Below the pieces are notes generated by a model. That model saw only the letters and a program-made list of their open reading frames with translations. It was not told where the DNA came from and did not search any database. From Bacteroidia bacterium (lineage in GTDB: Bacteria > Bacteroidota > Bacteroidia > JABEUT01), in assembly GCA_052325425.1 (NCBI GenBank), contig JBKQUY010000067.1, forward strand, positions 30,123 to 94,122: DNA of 64,000 nt, given 5' to 3'. This document shows positions 17,812 through 26,589 of the stretch, piece after piece (position 1 is the stretch's first letter; every line of letters begins with the position of its first letter). The position numbers and the translations under genes were made by a program.

Positions 17812-20800
17812 TTGATTAATAAGAATTACATACCTTCATTTTCAATATGTAAAAAAACTCTTCTGGTTATAAGCATGAGTATTTGCATGCAATTGCCTGC
17901 GCAGGATACTGCTCATAAAGCCGCAAGTAATACCATTGATACATTAAATGGCGCGTCGTTAAAAACCGCCCCGGTGCCGCAGAAAGAAATCCCGAAAGTT
18001 CTTACGGTAAAATTTTTACAAAGAATAGTAACTATACAGGAAGAGGATATACTCAGCAATACGCTTTCTGTCATTAACTATTCTGATTTGCCAGTTGATT
18101 TTACATTAAACGTAAATACCCCCTATAACTGGACAGATATAAGCGATGGTAAAACCAGGCGCCACTTGAACCCCGGGGACTCTCTTTTCGTACCCGTGCG
18201 CATTATACCCGCACTGGAAGTAAAAGGAGGAACAGAATATGTAATCAATGTGTTTTTACTGTCCCCGGAAGGAAGCCAGCTTACATCCGCCTATTTTTTT
18301 GCCCATACCCAGAAGATAAGTAAATGGAACATTAATGTACTTCCTGAAAACAGGATTTATTTCCGTAACCATTGTGATACCGCGTCTTTCCAGGTAAATG
18401 TTTCAAACGAGGGCAACCAGCCGGAAGATCTCGTTCTTAGCCTGAATAATGTAAAAAAACAAGGCATGCTTACGGATACAAACGGCAGAATACTTCACAC
18501 TAATTTTTATAATTTCCAGCTTGACCCTAACCATGATACCACCCTGTCCTTTAAAATGAAATATACGGGTGATTTACCGAATTTCAAGACTATGGACCTG
18601 GAAGGATATACGGCGCAAAATAATGCGGACTCAAAAACATTTCCTGTCTGGATATCGGGACAGGAAGCAAAAAAAACTGACAGTACGGCAGAATATGTGC
18701 CTGCCAAAAACGTAACTTTTGTTAAATTAACCGATATAGCATGGGCTAACCCCTATTCAGGTGAAGTATTCCCTTTAACTGTTGACATGAATACCTATAA
18801 TATATTGGGCATACAACCGGTTATGAATATTAACCTGCATGGAGATGCATTCCTCGATAACCAGGCTCACCTTTTCTATGTGGGTAATTTATATTACTCT
18901 ACTTATGCGCTCCAGCATAATTACTTTAACGGCGATAACTTTTACGCAGGTTATTTTGATAAGCGGGGAGATGATATACAGGTGGGACAGTTAGGCATGC
19001 CTTATTCTTACGGGGTTTCCATTGGCGGCTGGGGCGCAGAAGGTGACTACCGCACAGGCCTGCAAAATACGGTAGGAGGTATAATTGTAGATGGAAACAA
19101 TAATAATTCATTTGGAGCAGGTATATGGGACAAATATAAATTCTTACATACAAGCCCATTGATTAATAACCAGTTGTTTATTACCAGCGCCGGAATGGTT
19201 GAAGATTTTGAGAACAAAATCAATACATATTTTATTACCGAAACAGGAGGGCTGAACATTACAAAAAACCAGCGTATTTATTTTTCCTTAACCGGAATTG
19301 AAAAAGATTATTACAGGACTGCCAATTTTGTCAGGTTCTTTGGCGGGGCTTATGTGTTGGGCTATACGGGTAGTTTTATTCAGCACCGCCTTCTTATTTC
19401 AGATTTCTTCATTAAAACTTCCTATGATACAAATGCCCTTAATAAAAACAGGATTACCTTAAGCAACTCTATCTCCTATGAGTTAAACACGAAATGGAGG
19501 CTCCTGTTGCAAAATGTTTATTACAGCTATCCGACTCCTTATTATACTATAACCCCCACTTCCTATTCGCTTACCGATTATTTATATTTTATGCATAAAA
19601 GCAGCCCTTTTGCACCTTATATTTTTTATAATATTTTCTCGGAAGATAACCTGGGGCTTGATTTTTTTGGTATTGGCGACAGGTATAGTTATTATAATAA
19701 AGACATGAATTTCATGCTGCAGGCAGGGGTGCAGGGCGGATATAATCATCTTACAACTTACCCTTACCCGATGAATGATTATTTTTCGGCTCAACCAAAC
19801 TTATTAATGAAATATCATACGATAAGCCTACTGGCCTTTTATAACTATGGCCCGAATGGAATACCATCGCCTTCGAGTTTTTCTTCCGAAGCTTATCCGC
19901 AGATGCTTATGGTTTCTCTCCGCCAGCAATATCAATTCTTCAACAAACACTTTGTGTTAGACCATGGGCTTAACTATACTTACTTTAATCAATATTCGAG
20001 CAATACAATTGATTATAATCCTGAACTTTATTATTTCATTAACGGCTGGCGGTTTAAGGTCGGGTTAAGTTATTCGTTTAATTCAACAAACATCGCTAAT
20101 TCCCTTATTTATACAGGTGCGGCAATTCCAAATGAAAATGTAACCCCGCCCGGACCCGAGGTAAGCAACAATATATATATTAATTTCGGTATAAAGAAAG
20201 ATTTCGGCATACCGGTTCCAAAAAAATGGGCAAAATATGAATATAAAACAGTGCATTTTATTGCCTTTCTCGATTTAAACGGAGACGGCAAAATGGAACC
20301 CAACGAATCGGTTCTGGAAGACGTAGTTGTTTCAGTAACATCAAAGACGCATAGATACGAAGCGCTGACCAATGAAAAAGGAGAAGCAACTATTTTTAAC
20401 TTATGTTCGGGAGGTTATTACCAGACTGTTCAATCGCTTCGTGATTTGAAGGGCTGGTTTAATTCTTCATCAGATAGTTTATTTGTTGGTAATAAAGACA
20501 CTGTTTACCTGCCTTTCACAAAAGGAGTAAAATTATTCGGAGCTGTGATTTACCATCCAGGCCCATATTCTATTCTGACAAAAATAGACCTCTCACATAT
20601 ACAGATATCGGTAACAGATTCCACAGGAAAAGGATATAGTGCCCTTACCGATGCCAATGGCGAATTTATGATTTATATTCCCGCGGGCAAATATACCCTC
20701 ACCATGAATGATGACTGGATGGATGATCGTTTCACAGTAGCGCAAAATAATATTTCTCTGAACCTTTCACACGGAATTGACAACATATACCAGTCATTTT

Positions 20801-20898
20801 ATATTTCAGAAAAAGTAACTAAAGCTGAAATAAAACAGTTTGGCCAGCCGGGTCAATCAGGCACCCCTACTCCACCTGATGAGGTACCGCATCATTGA
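17812..20898 (+). CDS. Large outer-membrane protein, candidate usher-like or secretin-like pore of the cluster
   Basis: 1028 aa. Signal peptide. N-terminal Ig/CARDB-like region. Central roughly 550 aa is extremely Tyr/Phe/Gly/Asn-rich as in OM beta-barrels. Two C-terminal Cna-B/CarboxypepD_reg-like beta-sandwich domains (DLNGDGKMEP..., ISVTDSTGKGYSALTDANGEF...). Confidence 0.85.
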   Translation: MINKNYIPSFSICKKTLLVISMSICMQLPAQDTAHKAASNTIDTLNGASLKTAPVPQKEIPKVLTVKFLQRIVTIQEEDILSNTLSVINYSDLPVDFTLNVNTPYNWTDISDGKTRRHLNPGDSLFVPVRIIPALEVKGGTEYVINVFLLSPEGSQLTSAYFFAHTQKISKWNINVLPENRIYFRNHCDTASFQVNVSNEGNQPEDLVLSLNNVKKQGMLTDTNGRILHTNFYNFQLDPNHDTTLSFKMKYTGDLPNFKTMDLEGYTAQNNADSKTFPVWISGQEAKKTDSTAEYVPAKNVTFVKLTDIAWANPYSGEVFPLTVDMNTYNILGIQPVMNINLHGDAFLDNQAHLFYVGNLYYSTYALQHNYFNGDNFYAGYFDKRGDDIQVGQLGMPYSYGVSIGGWGAEGDYRTGLQNTVGGIIVDGNNNNSFGAGIWDKYKFLHTSPLINNQLFITSAGMVEDFENKINTYFITETGGLNITKNQRIYFSLTGIEKDYYRTANFVRFFGGAYVLGYTGSFIQHRLLISDFFIKTSYDTNALNKNRITLSNSISYELNTKWRLLLQNVYYSYPTPYYTITPTSYSLTDYLYFMHKSSPFAPYIFYNIFSEDNLGLDFFGIGDRYSYYNKDMNFMLQAGVQGGYNHLTTYPYPMNDYFSAQPNLLMKYHTISLLAFYNYGPNGIPSPSSFSSEAYPQMLMVSLRQQYQFFNKHFVLDHGLNYTYFNQYSSNTIDYNPELYYFINGWRFKVGLSYSFNSTNIANSLIYTGAAIPNENVTPPGPEVSNNIYINFGIKKDFGIPVPKKWAKYEYKTVHFIAFLDLNGDGKMEPNESVLEDVVVSVTSKTHRYEALTNEKGEATIFNLCSGGYYQTVQSLRDLKGWFNSSSDSLFVGNKDTVYLPFTKGVKLFGAVIYHPGPYSILTKIDLSHIQISVTDSTGKGYSALTDANGEFMIYIPAGKYTLTMNDDWMDDRFTVAQNNISLNLSHGIDNIYQSFYISEKVTKAEIKQFGQPGQSGTPTPPDEVPHH

Positions 20899-20983
20899 TA
20901 ATAATTATTATATTTACTCACAGGTAATTTATTTTTTTTAATTGAATTCGCGAATATAAATTCATCATTTTAAAAAGATAATT

Positions 20984-20991
20984 TATCTTTG
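20984..20991 (+). promoter_or_regulatory. -7 box TATCTTTG upstream of the small ORF 21009..21215
   Basis: Same word as at 14919. 18 bp before the ATG. Confidence 0.3.
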
Positions 20992-21008
20992 CCCAAAATA
21001 AGATTATT

Positions 21009-21215
21009 ATGTTGATTAATTGGTATAGTTACTCTGCTTCGCCATTTTTTAATTTTCTTGGCCGCGCCTTTGAATGGTCATTTCGTATTTTGCAAAAATT
21101 AGGTGTTGGCCCCGACGTATTCTTTATTTCGGCTATTTGCATATTGTTCATTACCTGGATGTTTATGCTTCGCCACTATGATTCGAAGGGTAAGGACAAG
21201 GGTATTATTGATTAA
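21009..21215 (+). CDS. Possible small single-TM membrane protein (68 aa)
   Basis: One clear hydrophobic helix VFFISAICILFITWMFML. Preceded by a promoter-like box. Convergent with fumarylacetoacetase. Confidence 0.3.
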   Translation: MLINWYSYSASPFFNFLGRAFEWSFRILQKLGVGPDVFFISAICILFITWMFMLRHYDSKGKDKGIID

Positions 21216-22537
21216 ACCTGAAAAGGCATGGCGGCCGGCAATACAGTTGCCCTTGCTTCTCCGAAGCCAATTCGCACATTTCCTTTTTGCGCATAACCGT
21301 TAATTATAACTGTATCCCCGTCTTCTAAATATTTACGCTCAATACCATTGGGGAATTTAATTGGGTTTGCACCGCCCCAGGTAAGTTCCAGTAATGAACC
21401 ATACGAATCGGGAGTTGGCCCACTTATGGTGCCTGAGGCCATTAAATCGCCTACTTTAATATTACATCCGTTTATGGTGTGATGCGCCAGTTGCTGGTCC
21501 ATTGTCCAGTACATATATTTATAGTTCGAGCTACATATTTTCAATGGCTCAGTTCTTTCAGGTTGCAGCCATACTTCGAGGTTAATGTCTATTGCCGTAT
21601 TGCCCTGTGCATGCTGCAAATATGGCAACACCTCCGGCTGCTGCTCAGGGGCTTTTACCCTGAAAGGTTCAAGGGCATCGAGAGTAACAATCCAGGGCGA
21701 TATGGTTGAGGCAAAGTTTTTGGCTAAAAAAGGACCCAACGGCACATATTCCCAACGCTGTATATCACGGGCCGACCAATCGTTAAACAGCACCATGCCA
21801 AAAATATAATCCTCTGCATCTTTGGTACTTACCGAGGAACCCAACTCCGTTGATTTCCCAATAATAAAAGCAGTTTCCAGTTCAATATCCAAGGCCTTAG
21901 ATGGCCCGAAAACAGGCTTATCAGAACCGGGTGGCGTCATTTGCCCGTTGGGACGATGAAAATTCTGTCCTGAAATTATTATGGATGACGCTCTGCCGTG
22001 GTAAGCCACAGGCAAATGCAGCCAGTTTGGCAAAAGCGCGTTCTTCGGGTCGCGGAACATTGAACCGACATTGGTTGCATGTTCCCTGCTTGAGTAAAAA
22101 TCGGTATAATCGCCAATCATAACAGGCATAAGCATTTTTACTTCCGATACGCTAAAAAGACATTTCTTTCTTGCTTCTGCATTATCTCTGAGTTCTGCAT
22201 TCTCTTTTCTGAATATCTCCGAAAGCCTCTCTCTCAATGCCCTCCATACTGGTTTACCCAATGCAATAAAATCATTCAGGTATTGCTTTTCAAATATCCC
22301 GGCCGGTAATTTTAATGCAGAAAAGTATCCCAACTCATGCAAAGCAGAAAGGCTGATTACTGTATTGCCGATAATTGAAACTGCAACTGAACCCATACGA
22401 GAATCAGTAACGCCTCTCCCACTTGGGAGAGGAAGGGTAAGGGCCGCCACTCCAAAAGGTAAATTTTGTATAGGGAAATCACTGTCTTTTGAAACTTCAA
22501 TCCACGATTGTAAATTTGGGTCATTGGCTTTTATCAT
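21212..22537 (-). CDS. fahA: Fumarylacetoacetase (tyrosine catabolism)
   Basis: 441 aa. Characteristic N-terminal domain SWIEVSKDSDFPIQNLPFGV and a C-terminal FAH-fold domain. Confidence 0.9.
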   Translation of the reverse strand: MIKANDPNLQSWIEVSKDSDFPIQNLPFGVAALTLPLPSGRGVTDSRMGSVAVSIIGNTVISLSALHELGYFSALKLPAGIFEKQYLNDFIALGKPVWRALRERLSEIFRKENAELRDNAEARKKCLFSVSEVKMLMPVMIGDYTDFYSSREHATNVGSMFRDPKNALLPNWLHLPVAYHGRASSIIISGQNFHRPNGQMTPPGSDKPVFGPSKALDIELETAFIIGKSTELGSSVSTKDAEDYIFGMVLFNDWSARDIQRWEYVPLGPFLAKNFASTISPWIVTLDALEPFRVKAPEQQPEVLPYLQHAQGNTAIDINLEVWLQPERTEPLKICSSNYKYMYWTMDQQLAHHTINGCNIKVGDLMASGTISGPTPDSYGSLLELTWGGANPIKFPNGIERKYLEDGDTVIINGYAQKGNVRIGFGEARATVLPAAMPFQV

Positions 22538-22661
22538 TCTGCTCCGTAATTTGTTGCAAAAATATCAATATCCCTAAATCAGTTTCCTGTTTTCATTTCA
22601 ACACCCACAAAGTCGCATATTATCCGTATTTTTGATGTGATAACCATATTTTTAAAGACAG

Positions 22662-24560
22662 GTGTGTGGCATAACGGGTATTTTAACCCATACAGAGAGC
22701 GCTGAAAAATACAAAGAATACTTAAGTAAGGCTGTTACGGCATTGCATCACAGGGGGCCCGATGCCCAGGGGTACTATGCCCATGAATGCGCTGCGCTTG
22801 GCCATACCCGATTGAGCATTATTGATACCAGTTCTGCTTCGGCGCAGCCGTTTTACAGTGCCGACGGAAGATTTGTAATTGTTTACAACGGTGAATTTTT
22901 TAATTACAAAGAACATAAGGAAGCGCTGCAAAAACAAGGTATTTCATTCCGCTCAACAGGCGATACTGAAGTGTTGCTGCAACTTTATATTGCAAAGGGT
23001 GAAGCATTTTTAGAAAACGTAAATGGTTTTTTTACACTCGCTATTTTCGATACACTCGAAAAATCACTGTTTGTAGCCCGTGACCGTTTTGGAATAAAGC
23101 CCCTGTTCTATTCATCCGATGCCGGTAAATTCATCTTCGCTTCCGAAATGAAGGCTATGCTGAAATATCCCATCGGCAAAGATATTGACTACGCTTCCCT
23201 GTTGCAGTACCTCCAACTGAATTATATACCGGCGCCCGATACCATACTGGAAAGTGTAAAAAAATTCCCTGTCGGGCATTATTGTAAAATAAAGCCCGGA
23301 GAAGCAATCTCGTTTAAACCATTTTGCAGAGCTGCTTACCCGGCATCTGAGCCATTGGCTAAAGGTTCCTTTGAAAATGCTGCAACAACATATTTCAGCC
23401 TGCTTGAAGATGCCGTGCAGAAACGGCTTATTGCCGATGTTCCGTTAGGCACTTTCCTTAGCGGCGGGCTCGATTCTTCTGCCGTTACCGCCATTGCAGC
23501 ATTGCATAAACCCGGTTTAATGACTTTCTCTATTGGTTACAAAGATGAACCTATGTTTGATGAAAGCCGCTATGCGGAATTGGTGAGCAAAAAATTAAAT
23601 ACCAACCATCATTCCTTTATGCTTGCCAACGATGATTTGTATAATGAACTTTTTAATGTGCTCGATGCCATTGACGAACCATTCGGAGATTCTTCAGCCC
23701 TGCCGATGTATATACTTTCGCGTAAAACAAGAGAGCATGTTACCGTAGCATTATCGGGCGATGGAGGCGATGAGTTAATGGCAGGATATAACAAACACTA
23801 TGCGGAATATAAACTCAAACATTCAGGTTACTTAAAGACGCTTACAACAACTACTCTGCCATTGTTACGCATGCTGCCCCAATCGAGGAACAGTAAATTG
23901 GGCAATATGGCCAGGCAGGGAATACGATTTGCAGAAGGAGCTAAAATGAATGCCGGTGAAAGATACTGGAGATGGGCATCAATTGCAAAAACAAGTGAAG
24001 CGCTGGAATTACTTACTCCAAAAAACATGGACCTTGAAACAATAAACAACAAACGTAAACAGCAAATATTGAAGGAAATTACAGGTAATTTCAATTCTCT
24101 TTTATATACCGATGTGCAATTGGTTCTGCAAAATGACATGCTTGTAAAGACAGATTCCATGAGTATGGCCAATAGTCTTGAGGTAAGAGTGCCCCTGCTC
24201 GATTACAGGCTGGTGAATTTTCTTTTTACCCTGCCTGAAGAGTATAAAATTACGGCATCGGGCCAAAAACGGATATTAAGGGAAGCGGTTGCACACCTGT
24301 TGCCCGTAGAAATACTTACCCGTAAAAAACATGGGTTTGAGGTACCTTTGCTTAAATGGTTCAAAACCGGGCTGCACGATAGTATTGAAAGCAAGTGGCT
24401 TAATGAGAAACATATTACAGAGCAGGGAATTTTTGACCCGGCCGTTATAAAAGCATTAAAACTTCAGCTTTATTCAAACCGCCCGCAAGATTCGGTTGCC
24501 CGGATTTGGGGCCTTATTGTATTCCAGCACTGGTATAAAAAACATTTATCAAACGATTAG
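22662..24560 (+). CDS. asnB: Asparagine synthase (glutamine-hydrolysing) family amidotransferase, polysaccharide-locus type (WbpS-like)
   Basis: N-terminal MCGITG nucleophile. SGGLDSS PP-loop. 632 aa. Confidence 0.9.
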   Translation: MCGITGILTHTESAEKYKEYLSKAVTALHHRGPDAQGYYAHECAALGHTRLSIIDTSSASAQPFYSADGRFVIVYNGEFFNYKEHKEALQKQGISFRSTGDTEVLLQLYIAKGEAFLENVNGFFTLAIFDTLEKSLFVARDRFGIKPLFYSSDAGKFIFASEMKAMLKYPIGKDIDYASLLQYLQLNYIPAPDTILESVKKFPVGHYCKIKPGEAISFKPFCRAAYPASEPLAKGSFENAATTYFSLLEDAVQKRLIADVPLGTFLSGGLDSSAVTAIAALHKPGLMTFSIGYKDEPMFDESRYAELVSKKLNTNHHSFMLANDDLYNELFNVLDAIDEPFGDSSALPMYILSRKTREHVTVALSGDGGDELMAGYNKHYAEYKLKHSGYLKTLTTTTLPLLRMLPQSRNSKLGNMARQGIRFAEGAKMNAGERYWRWASIAKTSEALELLTPKNMDLETINNKRKQQILKEITGNFNSLLYTDVQLVLQNDMLVKTDSMSMANSLEVRVPLLDYRLVNFLFTLPEEYKITASGQKRILREAVAHLLPVEILTRKKHGFEVPLLKWFKTGLHDSIESKWLNEKHITEQGIFDPAVIKALKLQLYSNRPQDSVARIWGLIVFQHWYKKHLSND

Positions 24561-24563
24561 CTC

Positions 24564-25769
24564 ATGTATCGCGTATTAAGACTTATAAATCGGTTTAACC
24601 TGGGCGGACCCACCTATAATGTAACCTACCTTACCCGCTACCTTGCCCCGGAATTTGAAACACTTCTGGCAGGCGGTATGAAAGAGGAGTCGGAAGCCGG
24701 TTCAGATTTTATACTTCAGGAAAATGGCATTACGCCCGTAATTATACCTGAAATGAGACGCTCTATAAACCCTATGAATGACCTTGCTGCATATAAGCAT
24801 ATTAAAAAACTCATAAAAGATTTTAAGCCGCATATTGTGCATACCCATGCTGCAAAAGCCGGCGCACTTGGAAGGATGGCTGCGTTTTCCTGCCATGTTC
24901 CCATTACGGTTCATACATTTCATGGTCATGTGTTCCATTCTTATTTTGGCGGCCTGCAAACCACAGTTTATAAAAATATTGAGCGGTATCTTGCGAAACG
25001 TACCATAGCGCTTATTGCCCTGAGTGAAAAGCAAAAACATGAACTTTCAGAAATTCATCATATTGCTCCTGCGGAAAAATTTCATGTTATCCCGCTCGGT
25101 TTCGACCTTGAAAGATTCTGGACAAACGAGGAAATAAAAAGAAAATCATTCCGGGATAAATACCGCCTCGCAGATGATGAAATTGCCATAGGAATAATTG
25201 GCAGATTGGTTCCGGTTAAGAATCACAAAATGTTCCTAAAGGCTTTTCGGCTTGCAAAAGACAAGTCTGAAAGTAAAATCAGGGCATTTATTATAGGGGA
25301 TGGAGAACTTAAAACCCAGTTAATGAGTTATTGCGATGACCTGGAATTATCATATACCTTAAATGCAGCACTTGATCCATCGGCCGATGTTGTTTTCACC
25401 TCATGGATTAAAGAAGTTGATGTTGCTACCGCCGGGGTTGATATTATAGCGCTTTCATCGCTTAACGAAGGTACGCCCGTTAGCCTTATTGAAGCGCAGG
25501 CCGCAGGGAAACCAATTGTTTCAACCCAAACAGGTGGAATTGAAAATGTGGTTATCCCGGGTGTTACGGCGCTTTTATCCCCGGTGAATAACCCTGAAGC
25601 TTTTGCGGAAAATCTTATAAACCTGAATAATGACAAACATTTACGTGAAACTCTATCGAAAAAAGGTAAGAGTTTTGTTGCCGAACATTTTCATTATACA
25701 TCTTTAGCGCTGAATACAAGTAAATTGTATCGCAAACTTATACACGAAAAACACATCACGGCATTATGA
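24564..25769 (+). CDS. Glycosyltransferase family 4
   Basis: 401 aa GT-B fold. C-terminal EGTPVSLIEAQAAGKPIVST motif typical of GT4. Confidence 0.85.
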   Translation: MYRVLRLINRFNLGGPTYNVTYLTRYLAPEFETLLAGGMKEESEAGSDFILQENGITPVIIPEMRRSINPMNDLAAYKHIKKLIKDFKPHIVHTHAAKAGALGRMAAFSCHVPITVHTFHGHVFHSYFGGLQTTVYKNIERYLAKRTIALIALSEKQKHELSEIHHIAPAEKFHVIPLGFDLERFWTNEEIKRKSFRDKYRLADDEIAIGIIGRLVPVKNHKMFLKAFRLAKDKSESKIRAFIIGDGELKTQLMSYCDDLELSYTLNAALDPSADVVFTSWIKEVDVATAGVDIIALSSLNEGTPVSLIEAQAAGKPIVSTQTGGIENVVIPGVTALLSPVNNPEAFAENLINLNNDKHLRETLSKKGKSFVAEHFHYTSLALNTSKLYRKLIHEKHITAL

Positions 25770-25810
25770 ATTTTTGTATTTTTGGAGTTTAGTTAAACAT
25801 AATCAATTTT

Positions 25811-26587
25811 ATGCGGAAATTATTGTTTTTATTTTGCCTGCTTACATTGACAGGATGTTCATGGTTATACCCAAGCATGATGTTAAAAACTCCACGCAAT
25901 TACCCCTATTCTAAACTAAGCGATTCAATATCAAATGAAGATTACAAGATTGCAATAAACGATTTTATAAGTCTGCGGTTATACTCACAGGATGGATTCA
26001 GGTTAATTGATTTCACTAACATAACTGACAATTCAGCAGGTAGTGCAGCTAATACATCAGGAGGCGCTTATACTATTGAATATCTTGTTGAACCTGATGG
26101 TACTGTCAGGTTACCTGTTATAGGAAGAATTCCTATAACAGGATATACTATCAGAGAGGCTATTCAAATGCTTGAACAAAAATTTTCTCAGTATTATATC
26201 AAACCTTTTATTTTGCTTTCGGTAACCAACCGAAGAGTTATAATATTTCCGGGTGACCCGGGTACAGCCAGAGTTGTACCTTTAGTTAACAACAATACAA
26301 CCTTAATTGAAGTAATAGCCACCAGCGGTGGTTTAACAGCCAACGGTAAAGCAAAACAAATAAAATTAATACGTGGTAACCCAAATAAACCAGATGTATA
26401 TTTAATTGATTTATCCACCATTAAAGGTGTTAAGGAGGGAAATATAATTTTACATGAAGGAGATATAATATATGTTACTCCGCAGATAGACCCTACAACC
26501 CAGATTTTAAATAAAATCACCCCTACACTGAGCCTCATTTCTACAATATTGCTAACTATTGCTTTGGTTACTAACGCCAGACTCTGA
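25811..26587 (+). CDS. Polysaccharide export protein, Wza-like (Poly_export/SLBB)
   Basis: Lipoprotein signal LTGCSW. Poly_export and SLBB-like regions. Confidence 0.85.
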   Translation: MRKLLFLFCLLTLTGCSWLYPSMMLKTPRNYPYSKLSDSISNEDYKIAINDFISLRLYSQDGFRLIDFTNITDNSAGSAANTSGGAYTIEYLVEPDGTVRLPVIGRIPITGYTIREAIQMLEQKFSQYYIKPFILLSVTNRRVIIFPGDPGTARVVPLVNNNTTLIEVIATSGGLTANGKAKQIKLIRGNPNKPDVYLIDLSTIKGVKEGNIILHEGDIIYVTPQIDPTTQILNKITPTLSLISTILLTIALVTNARL

Positions 26588-26589
26588 TA

